From Neoconidiobolus thromboides FSU 785 (taxonomy: Eukaryota; Fungi; Entomophthoromycota): a stretch of 64,000 nt of DNA. The DNA lies in the NCBI GenBank assembly GCA_025603075.1, contig MU626310.1:53038-117037 (forward strand). The letters run 5' to 3'. The position numbers were made by a program, and so were the translations under genes. The notes under the pieces were generated by a model, which saw only the letters and a program-made list of their open reading frames with translations, was not told the origin of the DNA and ran no database searches. Shown here in pieces: positions 25,995 to 38,041 of the stretch (position 1 is its first letter; each line of letters starts with the position of its first letter).

Positions 25995-26477
25995 AATCAT
26001 AAAAAATATCCTCATATCCTCACATATTATCTGGTTAATATTTATTATTTTTGTTAAATTTTGATAATTAAATTATTAAACAAATATTATATAATAGCTT
26101 TAGCTTGCTTGTTTTTTTATGTTTTTAATAGTAAATTATAAGATCAATGTTTCCTTATTATCAATTGTTTCTAGATAAACATATTGATTTTTACTTATAT
26201 CAAATCCAAAAAATTCATATTTATTAAAAAAGTACCCTAAAGCTATGACTGATAATAATTCTACTCTTTCTTTTTTTCTAAATATTAACTTTATATATTA
26301 TTTAATTAAATTTATTATTACTATTGTTAAAATATTATAAACTCGGATTGTGTTAAATAACTATCAAATTTATATGAATAAATTATAATATTTATGTTGT
26401 ATACTTTTTTTACTATAGTAAGATTTTTAAAAGTTTTATTTCAAAGTTTATAAAAACCTACATTTTATTTTAGTAAA

Positions 26478-26575
26478 AGGGGATGTGTTTTTTCGTTTAA
26501 GAATTTTGCTAACAATCTTTCCACTCAAATAGCGCTTAAAAATAGAAAAAGTAATGAAGACAAAAAAATATCCCA
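26478..26575 (+). mobile_element. MITE-like copy 11
   Basis: GGGGATGTG...AAAAATATCCCA. Confidence 0.75.
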
Positions 26576-26647
26576 AAAAAATAAAAATAATCAAAACAAG
26601 CTTTTCGAGTTTGTTTCTTCAATTCAGCTTTTTAATTTAATTAACTA

Positions 26648-26745
26648 TATAGATGTACTTTTTTAGCTTTATCACTTTTTTTATTTTTTAAGCACTATTT
26701 GAATAAAAAAGCTATTAGTAAATTTTTTTAAAAAATACATCTTTA
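26648..26745 (-). mobile_element. MITE-like copy 12 (degenerate)
   Basis: TATAGATG...CATCTTTA; shares one TA with copy 13. Confidence 0.6.
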
Positions 26746-26747
26746 TA

Positions 26748-26843
26748 TGGGGCTGTTTTTTTTGGTTTGATTATTCTTCCATTTAAGCGCTATTTGAGTG
26801 GAAAGATTATAGTAAAATTCTTAAACAAAAAAATACATCCCCA
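26748..26843 (-). mobile_element. MITE-like copy 13
   Basis: TA|TGGGGCTG...CATCCCCA|TA. Confidence 0.75.
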
Positions 26844-27326
26844 TATATTAAAAATTTATAATCTTAAAACCTTAAATTTTGGATTAATTTTCAACTAAAT
26901 TTTAGAACTAGTTTAAACGTCCCCATATTTCTAAAATTCAATATTTAGAAAGTTATAAAATATCAGTATTTTTTATTTTAAAGTTTTTATTTTTATTTTT
27001 GAATTAAATTACCTATTATTACCTAATCTAAATGAATATAGATATTATAAAACTATTAAAAAAAATTATTATGAGTATAAAAGTCATTATCTTTAGAACT
27101 AATTCAAACTTAATAGCTTTAAATAATTTAGTAAATTAGTGCAAAATTATAAAAAGTAATTTTATGGCTTATATTTTAGTTATTTAAATACTATCCTTCT
27201 TTATTTTTATATTAAAACTTCTATTTTTTATTTTACTTTTTATCATATTTGTATTTATTGTTTTGTATAATTTATTAACAAGTATTTTGCGTTTATGATA
27301 TTTTGTATGGCTCATTTTTTATTATA

Positions 27327-27392
27327 TGGAGATGTGTCTTTTATTTAAGAATTTTACTTAGAAAAAGTGATGAAGCCAAAAAAACATCCCCA
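27327..27392 (+). mobile_element. MITE-like copy 14 (internally deleted, 66 bp)
   Basis: Both TIRs and both TA flanks retained; the central ~35 bp is absent. Confidence 0.7.
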
Positions 27393-29004
27393 TATATCTA
27401 TGCTATTTATGTTATTTACGTCATTTATATTATTACTATTATTGTAATTTTATACTGTCAAATAACTTTTTTTAACATCACATATATTTAGAAATTAATT
27501 TACAGCACTTATAGTTTAAAATTATTTTTAAATATTATAAGTAAGTTTTATGTATTAGTTTTTTGTTAATCAAAATTTATAATAAACTTTATTTATATAA
27601 TTTAAATTAAATTAAGTTCAGAAAATTTAAAATTTAAAATTTACTTGTTTTATATTAACTATAAAAAACTAAAAGTTTATAAAAAAGTTTATTAAAAAAA
27701 TACACAAAACATAAAAAAAGTTATTTGATGAGTATGAAATTATACTAATAATAATAAACAAAAGTTTTAATATAAAAATAAAGCAAGATAATATTTAAAT
27801 AACTAAAATACAAACCATAAAATTACCTTTTATGCTTTTATAATATTTATATTTATTTAGATAAGCTAATAATAAGCAATTTAATATAAAAGTAAATATT
27901 AATATTTTATAATATAACAAGTAATAATTTAAATATTTTTTTAATCAGGTTTTAAATTTAATTTTTTAACTTATAAATTTCAGAAGTTTTCAAATATTTT
28001 TAAAAGACAAGAAATTCCTTGAAACTTTTGGTTTAATATATATCATAAATACAGGCAATTTTTTAGCTTGTTCAAATCTAACCAATTAAAAGCTAAAGCA
28101 GCTTTACAAAAATCTAAATCATCTTATACAAATCTGAAAGTGACTTTGGAATTCTACACATCAAGTCAAACAAAAATTTGGTAAAAATGTAAAAATATTG
28201 ACTTGTAAAACTTCAATTAATTGTATATAGTTTTATATACCTTGTCCTTAGAAATGCTAATAGTAGCTAAATGCTATCAAAGCTCAAACTCCGAACTCCC
28301 TAGGATATTAAAGGTATTCCAAGAGATGCTATTGTAGGTGGATAAAATTTAAGATAATTGACAATCGATTAGTTTATACAATGAATATTTAAATAGTAAA
28401 AATCTGGGATTTCAATAGCATTTACTGCTTAGCTATTAGCTGTTTTAAGTTAATGCCATTATTTATGCTTGTTGTTTTGAAATAAAACTTCTATCTAGCT
28501 TGATTTTAATTCATTCTTTAAAAAATTAGTATAGATACAATTGTTACTTTCATATTCTCTTTTTAACAGGAGCAATATATACTATTAAATTTGATATATT
28601 CTAAAAATTAAATTTGTTTAAAATTCGTTACTGATAATTTTCATAATGAGTCTAAGTTATCCCCTTTAACTTTTTAATGAAAATGTTTTGATAATTAGTT
28701 TCTTTACGTCATTCTTAACAAGTTAATTTCTATAACAATCGAACAGTATTTATAAAACATTAATATTAAAATATCAAAATTCAAGATTTGAAATGAAAAA
28801 AATGAATTAATACTTAAGATTTGTAATAAAAATGAGTAAAATAAATACAAAAGGGAGAAAATAAGTGCAAGTTATAATGACCTAATGATTTGATTGATGA
28901 AGGTGGTGATTAGATTAATGATTATCTCGCATAAATTTATAGGAAGCAAAAAGTATAAATACAAGTTAAAAACTAATATTTACTTTAAAAAATATATTTA
29001 AAAA

Positions 29005-30546
29005 ATGATTGAAAAGACGCAAAATTCACACGTACTTACTAGCTCCCATGGTATTCCAGTTCAAGATGATCAAAACTCTTTCACTGCTGGTAGAGATGGT
29101 GGTATTTTGATCCAAGACTTCCATTTGATTGATAAACTTGCTCACTTTAACCGTGAAAGGGTTCCAGAACGTGTGGTCCATGCCAAAGGTGCTGGTGCCC
29201 ATGGTTACTTTGAAGTTACTAAAGATATCTCGCATTTAACCAAGGCAAAGTTCTTAAGTCAAGTAGGTAAACGTACACCAGTATTCACACGTTTTTCCAC
29301 GGTTGGTGGTGAGAAGGGCTCTGCCGATTGTGTCCGTGATCCACGTGGATTTGCAGTTAAATTTTATACCGAAGAAGGTAACTTTGATTATGTAGGTAAC
29401 AATACACCAGTATTTTTTATCAGAGATACTATCAAGTTTCCTGATTTTATTCATACCCAAAAACGTAACCCACAAACCAACCTCAAAGATAAAGATATGT
29501 TTTGGGATTTCTTATCGTTGACTCCAGAATCTATTCATCAGGTTACTATCTTGTTTTCAAATCGTGGTACTCCTGATGGCTTCAGATTTATGAATGGATA
29601 TTATGGTCATACCCTTAAGTTAGTTAACGATAAGGGTGAATGCCATTTTGTTAAATTCCATTTTAAATCCGATCAAGGTATTAAGAACCTCAAGGATGAA
29701 GAGGCAGTTAAGATAGCTGGTGAAAATCCAGATTATGGAACTGAAGACTTATTTGAAGCCATCAAAAAAGGTGAACATCCAAGCTGGACATTAAAAATGC
29801 AAGTTATGACTTTAGAACAAGCTTCAACTTATCGTTTCAACCCATTTGACATCACTAAGGTATGGCCTCATTCAGACTTTCCTTTACAAGAGGTTGGTCG
29901 TATGGTACTTGACAAAAACCCAGAAAATTTCTTTGCCGAAACGGAGCAAGTTGCTTTTTCCCCTGCTAATATGCCACCTGGTATTGAACCTTCTCCAGAT
30001 AAGATGTTACAAGGTCGTTTATTCGCTTATGCAGATGCTCATCGTTATCGTATTGGTGCTAACTACACCCAACTTCCAATTAATTGCCCGTATAAAGCTA
30101 AGGTTAACACTTATCAAAGAGATGGTTCTATGACCTTCGATAGCAACGGAGGTAATCGACCCAACTTTTATCCAAATTCATTTGATGGACCAAAACCACT
30201 TAATACTCAATTGAGTCAAGATAAGGTAACTCAAGAAATTACAAGCAATTCTTTATCTTCTGGAAATATCAATCAACCAGATAATGGTAACTTTAACCGT
30301 GAAGGTGGCAATAAGCAAAATGTACACGCACGCTATGCTCAGCCATTGACCGATGATGACTATGTACAAGCTGGTAATTTATACAAAAAGTTAGAGAAGG
30401 AAGAACAAGATGATCTTATTAAAAACATTGCTGGCCATCTTTCTGGTGCTAAAAAAGAAATTCAAAATAGAATGGTAGAACACTTTAGTAAAGCAGATAA
30501 GGAGTATGGTAGTCGAGTACAAAAAGCTCTTACCCAACAAGCTTAA
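29005..30546 (+). CDS. Monofunctional heme catalase (small subunit), intronless
   Basis: [17 protein letters not shown] (distal His), [29 protein letters not shown] and [12 protein letters not shown] (proximal Tyr). Confidence 0.97.
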   Translation: MIEKTQNSHVLTSSHGIPVQDDQNSFTAGRDGGILIQDFHLIDKLAHFNRERVPERVVHAKGAGAHGYFEVTKDISHLTKAKFLSQVGKRTPVFTRFSTVGGEKGSADCVRDPRGFAVKFYTEEGNFDYVGNNTPVFFIRDTIKFPDFIHTQKRNPQTNLKDKDMFWDFLSLTPESIHQVTILFSNRGTPDGFRFMNGYYGHTLKLVNDKGECHFVKFHFKSDQGIKNLKDEEAVKIAGENPDYGTEDLFEAIKKGEHPSWTLKMQVMTLEQASTYRFNPFDITKVWPHSDFPLQEVGRMVLDKNPENFFAETEQVAFSPANMPPGIEPSPDKMLQGRLFAYADAHRYRIGANYTQLPINCPYKAKVNTYQRDGSMTFDSNGGNRPNFYPNSFDGPKPLNTQLSQDKVTQEITSNSLSSGNINQPDNGNFNREGGNKQNVHARYAQPLTDDDYVQAGNLYKKLEKEEQDDLIKNIAGHLSGAKKEIQNRMVEHFSKADKEYGSRVQKALTQQA

Positions 30547-30771
30547 ATATTATTTATGTAATTCAAAATAAACCTATTTTTATTTAATTTTGCGACTTTT
30601 AAATGTGCTTTATATACTTGTTATAAGTAAATAATTTACAAATTCAGGGATTAAATTTATTTACATACAAATGAAAGTATCCTTTTCACTATTTTGTCCG
30701 TTCTTTTATGTAACTTGAAATTTAAAAAAAAATTAAATACTAAAGCAAAAATATACTCAAACAATATAACT

Positions 30772-32406
30772 TTAAGTACTTTTATTTGGCTTTATAGCAT
30801 TAAATACTATACAGTTATAAGAGTGCACTAACATTGAATCCAAACTAGATGTATATGGTACTTCCACTCTTTTTTCATCCTAAATAATTATCAGTAGTGG
30901 TACTAATGAGAGTGCTTTAATATTACATGAATCTCAAATCCAACTGCCAAAATAAACAACCGGAGTTCTTCATAAGTTAATTCAATTGAATGCTCACTAC
31001 TTATCTCTTCAAAATGATACAATAAAGGGCCTGGTAAAAAAATAGTATATTAAATAGCTTAGTCATTTACTCTATCGTTTACCTATGTTTATCCAAATCC
31101 CTCCTGGTTTTAATAAATTAAAGATGATCTGTATATAATCTAATACATTCTTGGCTGTATCTATAAAAAAACAGGTGACTACTGAATTCCAAGATTCTAA
31201 TAATAGTATTAAAAAGTTAAAAAACTAGATTAGCAGTTTATAATAAACCTACCAAGTTGTTCTTCTTTTGTATACACTTCCACAAAATCACCAGCTGCCA
31301 TTGAAAAGTCGACATTTGGCAAAAGTCCGTGAGGTAAAATGTCAGGTACTTTGATCCCTTTAATTAAATCCTCGATACTCAAATGGTTGGAAAAATTCGT
31401 TACATAAGGATATAAATCATAACACTCTATTTGATGGGACCTATGATTTAAATAGAAATAAACTTTTACTTTACTATGAGTAATAGCTTACTTGTTAAGC
31501 ATAAATGAAGATGCCAATAACTAATCAGAAATAAAAATACCAGAATAAGCTAGATAAACTTCCAATTACAATTAAATTACCATAAAATAAGAAAACTCAT
31601 TCCCTTTAAATTAATAAAAAATGTCAAATCTTTATAACCTAATTACTATATTTTTCTAACCTTGTACACTGAAGCCTAAAAAAGTAAATTAGCTATATCA
31701 CTCTAGTATTATCAATTTCAGCTTACCCAATGTAGCAATTTCATACGCCAATCTGCCTAAACCTGCTCCTGGTACCAATACTTTTAATTTATGTCTTTTT
31801 TCGTTAGAGTAATCTTTAAAATGAGCTTCTAAACAATCCTTGATTGGCTCGTATGTTAATTTTCTTTCAATTTCTCCCTATTTGATTTACACATTTGTTA
31901 AAATAAATATTAAGAAACTTTAATTCACTTACAAGCTTTGACCAGTCTCTAACAATCATTTTTATTGTAATACTCACCCTATCCATATTTTCTATTGTTG
32001 GTGAATAGCCTCCATTTATCTTAATAATACATTAATCAACATTCTAAAATTTTAAAAATCATATTTTTTTAAAAAGAACGCTTACTTCTTTAATATCACT
32101 ATGAAATTCGTTTTGAAATATGTGATGGTCTTCAGTGATTAAATTCAAAAATCCTGCATTCAACTTAATACCTTGGGCTACTTTTTGAATTTTATAATTA
32201 TATATATCAGAAATCGTTTCTTTTTGTAAACTATCTGTAACCAGGTTTTCAAAATCTTGCTTCTTTTTTAATAGGTTGTGAAGGTAATGATGACCATAAT
32301 GCTGAAAGCTTTGAATCACTTCATTAAAATGTTGAGATTCTAAGTTGCTTTCTATATCTTCTTCGGTTACTTCTTGGCTAGATGTGTTATGTGCAACCTC
32401 TTCCAT
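30772..32406 (-). CDS. Carnosine N-methyltransferase (N2227/CARNMT1-like), multi-exon
   Basis: [62 protein letters not shown]. Confidence 0.9.
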
Positions 32407-33270
32407 TTAAAGTAAAAATGTGGCTAATGAGTTTAAATTTTGAGGTTTTATAGGGGGCTGGATTCTGTTTTTAAAATTAAGTTGAAAATAAGGATTTAAA
32501 AAAATGACAAAATAACAATAATTTTATTATTATAAAATGATATTCACTTTTAAATGATTTAATAAATGTATGCAATCAGAAGTTTTAAATAGGTTCTGCT
32601 CATCTTAATACTGCTATGAAAACCATCTTACTTAAATAAAACAATTTTAGGCACTTATAGTTTAAATTTCTAATCTAATAGTTTAATAATTTGATAATTT
32701 AATAATTTAATAGTCCAAGATTTTTAGAATTTTAATCAATGTATGCTTACGTTCTTATTTTCTATAAAACTAAAATAAATTATTAAATAGTTTAATATAA
32801 AAATGAAAAATCGATGATTTTCCTATTAATATTAATATCAATAGTGTTAAATTAACATAAAACTATCTCAGTTTTAGTGTGAGGTAATATTTGAATATAA
32901 AGTTGATATTAATAATTTAATTATCAATAGATTTAAAAGTGGAAATTATGCTTAGAATATAAAAATATGACGAAATTCAAATTTAAATTTCATAAAATGA
33001 CCTCAAATTATTTAAGCCACCTTCTAAAAAAAGTAAACAGCTACCAAACATGACCAAGTTATCTCCAAGTTTCTATTTTTTTAAACCATAGCCTAAAAAT
33101 GGTCCTTATTTGATTGGTAACTCAGATCCAATTTCCACAAATCATTAACTTAAACTTTGGAGTCCAAAACTATATCGTCCAATAACTGTGACTATTGTAT
33201 TTTAAACCCGCTATTCAACAAAGGCCAAAGCTTGCTTAAAAAAATACTATCAGTTTATTTTTTGAAATAA

Positions 33271-35602
33271 ATGTCAAGTCAGGAAATGCTAAGCAGTGAT
33301 TTACCTACCCAAGTGAAACCTATGGCCCCTACTGGGCCAACCTCTATTTTTCAATTATGTAATAACATTATTCAACGTCTTAAATGTATCCCAGATATTG
33401 AAGAATATCTTAACATTGCAAAAGAACAATTAGAACAAGATGACGCTTATAACCCCATTATGGGAATTGATCCAGTTAATTTACTTTGGAAAACGTTTCG
33501 TCAAGGCAGTCCGTTAACTAAAATGTATAATTTCTTATGCCCGGATAACCCACAGAGTATTTATCCACCCAGTGCAGAAGTGACAACAAATGCATCAAAA
33601 GCATTGGTTTACAGATTTTTGTTGAATTGTAAAGAAACACTTGATCTTAAAGAAGATGATTGTTTTACTATAACGGATCTTTTTAAAGACGATACTAACG
33701 CCTTTATCAAAGTAAGCTATCAATTATAGTGGTTTTAAATATTTTAATGGTTTTTTTTAGGTACTTAAAACAGCGTCTTTACTTTTGGATCGCATTGAAG
33801 AGAACAAATTGATTGATACATCGCATTTAAATTTAAATGGAAATAAAGTAGACGCTTCGGATAATCGTGGTAAAGTAATTAGAGAAATGTTAGAAACGGA
33901 ACGCAAATATATTCAAGATTTGGAAAAGCTACAAGTAAGACTTCAATATAGTTTGATGGGCTCAAAGTTTAATTTTGTTAGGAATATATGGTTGAGTGCC
34001 AAAATTCAAAAGTGATATCACCAGAAACAATAAGATATTTATTTGCTAATTTGCATAGCCTTTTGGATTTTCAACGCAGATTTTTAATTGGTGTTGAGTG
34101 TAATGCTATCTTAGCTCCCGCCGAACAACGTGTTGGTGGTTTGTTTCAAACAATGGTAAATTACCTTTATAACTATTTCATGATTTATTAAATAGCTTTA
34201 GGAAGAAGCTTTTTCAGTTTATGAACCCTTTTGTGCCAACTATGGTCATGCCTCAGACCTTGCTGTTAGAGAAGCACCTAATTTAATGGTAACAAAATTA
34301 CATATTTAAAGTATTTTTTGATTAAATATTTAGCCATTGGCCCATATCGTCGAACCCACTTATGAGCTACCTTCTTTACTTATTAAACCTATCCAAAGAA
34401 TTTGTAAATATCCATTATTGCTAAGAGAACTTATTAGATATACTTCTGAAGAAGAATATCCATATTTTCAAGAATTGAAGCTTGGTATGGAAGCAATTGA
34501 AAGAGTAGCAGCAAAAGTAAATGAGATGAGGAGAAAAGAAGAGAATGCTAATTTGACTGTTGATCTTAAACATCGAGTAGTAAACTGGGACCAGCTATCC
34601 ATTGAGGATTTTGGAGAACTTTTACAAAATGATAAATTTATGGTGGTTGGTAAAGATCAAAAAGAGAGAGAGATGTATATATTTATGTTTGAAGAGATAA
34701 TTTTATGTTGCAAGGAATTAAGTTCAACATCTAAAAAAGCAAAGCAGTTGAGTAAGAAGGTAACTGGACCACCACTTGAATTGAGAGGTGAGATTCCAAT
34801 GGAAAGCTTAGCAAAGGTAGCAGAAAGAACAATTGAAGGTGAGATTTTTCTTAGATTATATTGGCGTTCAGAAGGTATGCAAATTTTAATACTTAAATGC
34901 CGTAATGAGGAACAGGTGAGATTATGGAAACCTTTGCTAGATCAACTCATTGCCAAAAACAAAGCGAGTAGTCCAAATAAAAATGATAGCAAAGGTCACC
35001 TTAATTCAATATCAGCAGATGACAATCAAGTGAACAAATTACAGCATGCCCCATTGCCAGCAATCCCGAAATCAATGAGGGATGAGCTTTCTCCTAACAA
35101 CTCATTTCGTAACAGAAGTGCTAGTAGCCCAAATATCCATGCTGTACGTAGCCCTAATGGTAATTGGGAGCCTACACAAACAAACGGACACTCACCTAGA
35201 ACTAGCAATGGTAATGGTGCAAGCCATAACGTTAGTATGAATGGCTACATCCCCCATGGCAACAATGTTAGGCCGATGTCTTCTCTTAATAGAACAGCGA
35301 GCCAAACGAAAGTTAAGATCAATTACTTAGATGATGTATTTATCATTATGGTACCTAGTTCGATTGATTTTGAGGAGCTTTCCGATAAAGTAGAAAGAAA
35401 ATTAAGGCTCTGTGGAGGCAGAAGAGGTAATAAGATGGAAGATCTTTCATCTGGATTTAGAATGCGTTACCGCGATGAAGATAATGATTTTATTACAATC
35501 AATTCGGATGATGATGTACAGATGGCATTTGAATCGGTTAAAGGGATTACACCAGGAGGAAGTGTGATTTCAATGTCAGCGATAAATTTATATGTTGATT
35601 AA
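33271..35602 (+). CDS. CDC24: Cdc42 GEF Cdc24/Scd1 (CH-DH-PH-PB1), multi-exon
   Basis: LWKTFRQGSPL (CH), EMLETERKYIQDLE and LLIKPIQRICKYPLLL (DH), a PH region, and the C-terminal PB1 motif YRDEDNDFITINSDDDV. Confidence 0.92.
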
Positions 35603-36286
35603 TTTGAGGTTACTAACTAATCTCAAAACATTTATTTTAAACAATTATATTAATACGTTCACCTAATGCTATCTGATAAGTAAGATTCACAAAAAATGTT
35701 TTATTCCTTATTCCTTATTCTGAAAATTTTCTAACTTCAATTATTTTAATATGCTCCACAATTTCTTTAATATATAAAAAAGATTAAAAACTATTATTCA
35801 TGATAAATTAACAACTTTAAAAGAATAAAATAACACGTTTAATTTTAATTATGAGCTTAGATAGATAGTAGTTTACCATTTGATGTTATTTAGATTGTAT
35901 ATTATTTGTTGTTTTGACAACCACATGTTATTTAGTTTAGTTTGATGGTATTTTTGTTTATTAAAAGTATCAGAAGTTACATGCTATTCTTTATATAGTA
36001 AATTCATTTAAAGGTGTGAATATAAGCTTTTTGGTTTAAGATAATGGTAATTTAGTTATATGAAGATTGATTTTTTAAAGTAGAAACTTAATAGTACCTT
36101 CATCAAATTAGATGTAGTTCTAACAGTAACGATAAGTACTTAAAGTATACATAATATTAACTTTTAAAAGTGATTAATAATTGGTTTCATATATAAATTA
36201 AAAAATAGTAGCTATAAACTCATACAATACAAAACAAAAATTTTGATCTAGTATCCAGATCAACCTAGCTTTTAGATCTGGGGTTT

Positions 36287-36340
36287 AAAGTATAGGTTGA
36301 CCCGAAATCAAAGTATAGGTTGACCCGAAATCAAAGTATA
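36287..36340. repeat. 23-bp direct repeat, about 2.3 copies
   Basis: AAAGTATAGGTTGACCCGAAATC twice, plus AAAGTATA. Confidence 0.9.
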
Positions 36341-36640
36341 TATACGATGGTATAGAAAATTTTGAAATTAAAAGTAAAGTAAAAATTGCAACATAATTTA
36401 TTAATGAATAATACTATAATTTTAGAACAGTAATTAGATATTTGAAAATACGTTCAAATTCAGTTAAACTTTTGTTTACAAAGCGTAAAGATGATTTGAT
36501 CAATAATATAACAGGTACCATGTAATTACATACTTAAGGTTAAGATCACTTAACAAAATTAATAGCTTACTTAGCTTAAGGGACCATTTAAATCATCTAT
36601 GTGCCATAAATAAGAATTAATACAAGCTATACGCTTTAAC

Positions 36641-38041
36641 TTAATGAATGTGTCCATGTTGACTAGCTTCTTTAGCAACCTTGGCAAACAATTTAACTTG
36701 GTCTGCAACATCTTTGAGTAATCTTACCATCTCAAAGTTACCCCCAGTAAATGTGATAGAGTGGTGTTCCAACTCATTATCATAGCAGAACTTCTTGATG
36801 TGAACTAAAAGCTTACGGAAATGAGGTCTTGGTACACGTGGGAAAAGATGATGGAGTGCTTGGAAATGTAAACCACCATGAAACCAATCCATATATTCAG
36901 GGCATTCAATATCGATTGAGGTACGAAGTTGACGATAGATAAAGAAATCATCATCACCTACGGATTCAATTGGCATGAAAGAATGACTTAGAAGAAGTTG
37001 AAGGTGCAAAATAGCTTGTGGACAATGGGTAATTAAAACAAAGACAATACGTGTAGTCCAATCTGGGAAAGTTGAGAGTAAAGCAGGATACCAAATAAAA
37101 AAGGAGCCAGTTAAAGCAAGTTCAAGTCTAGGCATTGGTGAAGGACGAGTAAGTAGATGATTGATACCTTGGAAATACAAATTAAATCTTGCGAACATGA
37201 GAATAATATAGAAAGTATAATGTTGGATAGAGATCATAAATTTAGCAGCTTCATCAAAGGTCATTTCTCTTCCATAGTAATAAGAGTAAAGTGAATTAAA
37301 ATATTTGGTTGAATAAGCAAAAAAAGGCATATGCTGAAGATCTGGATCATGTTCTGGATCATTAGTGATAATGTGGTGAATATTGTGGTTGTGTTTCCAC
37401 CATCCTACACTGGTTCCACTACAAAAGTTACTGAAAAGAACAGCAACAACATAATCAAATTTGGCATCAAAAGTAGCATAACGATGAGCAAGATCATGGA
37501 CCAAGAAAGCACCTTGCTGCCACATTAAAGTTAATAATAAACCTGAAACAACAAAATTGAGGATATGGCGGGGACCATATAAAGCAAGAGCGATAGAAGT
37601 TGTAAAAAGTAAAATACACTTTAAACTTTCCAATATATAAAAACGATGATTTGGTTCATAGATACCATCAGCAATCAAAGTTTCTTCAAGTTCACGATAA
37701 GCTTTAGATAACTCCTTTTTACGCTTAACTTCCTTTTCCTTAATAGGGTCAATAAGCTCTAAAGGGTTTTCTCTAAAGTCACCGATATAATAATGTGGAA
37801 GTTTAGTTTCTAAGATAGATTTATGATGCATAGCAATCATAACTTCAGTCACATCAGTTCCAGCAGAAGTCTTAATAAGATGATCTCCCCCTGGATGAAA
37901 TTTCATAAATTTTGTAACATCATATACCTTTTCATCAAATATTAAAGTAACCACTCCTTTTTTTGTTAAACGTCTAACAGCTTCCTTATCAAAGGTTGGG
38001 GTGGTTGTAGTTATCTCTGGAATTACTTGTGGTGGTGCCAT
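36641..38041 (-). CDS. SLD1: Cytochrome b5-fused front-end desaturase, most like sphingolipid delta-8 desaturase; intronless
   Basis: HPGG; His boxes HDLAH, HNIHH and QALHH. The context WWKHNHNIHHIITNDPEHDPD-QHMPFFA and GGLHFQALHHLFPR is typical of fungal SLDs. Confidence 0.75.
   Translation of the reverse strand: MAPPQVIPEITTTTPTFDKEAVRRLTKKGVVTLIFDEKVYDVTKFMKFHPGGDHLIKTSAGTDVTEVMIAMHHKSILETKLPHYYIGDFRENPLELIDPIKEKEVKRKKELSKAYRELEETLIADGIYEPNHRFYILESLKCILLFTTSIALALYGPRHILNFVVSGLLLTLMWQQGAFLVHDLAHRYATFDAKFDYVVAVLFSNFCSGTSVGWWKHNHNIHHIITNDPEHDPDLQHMPFFAYSTKYFNSLYSYYYGREMTFDEAAKFMISIQHYTFYIILMFARFNLYFQGINHLLTRPSPMPRLELALTGSFFIWYPALLSTFPDWTTRIVFVLITHCPQAILHLQLLLSHSFMPIESVGDDDFFIYRQLRTSIDIECPEYMDWFHGGLHFQALHHLFPRVPRPHFRKLLVHIKKFCYDNELEHHSITFTGGNFEMVRLLKDVADQVKLFAKVAKEASQHGHIH

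Noticed and set aside
25706-26057. Short ORFs over the 25.7-kb repeat trio, and 27303-27491
   Set aside because: They start at TTG, lie in MITE sequence and have no protein features.
28030-28330. Possible decayed F-box/LRR gene (QKFGKNVKIL...CP) on +; similar LRR-like fragments near 15950-16200 on -
   Set aside because: Fragments are too short and stop-ridden to support a call without a translated search.
29005-30546. Bacterial horizontal transfer of the intronless catalase
   Set aside because: Several plainly fungal genes here (ALR1-like, SLD1-like) also lack introns, and its composition is not anomalous. A phylogeny would be needed.
9710-35602. CLA4 and CDC24 (same Cdc42 module) in one window; also adjacent Zn and Mg transporters
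   Set aside because: They are separated by unrelated genes and islands, with no evidence of a functional cluster beyond chance.
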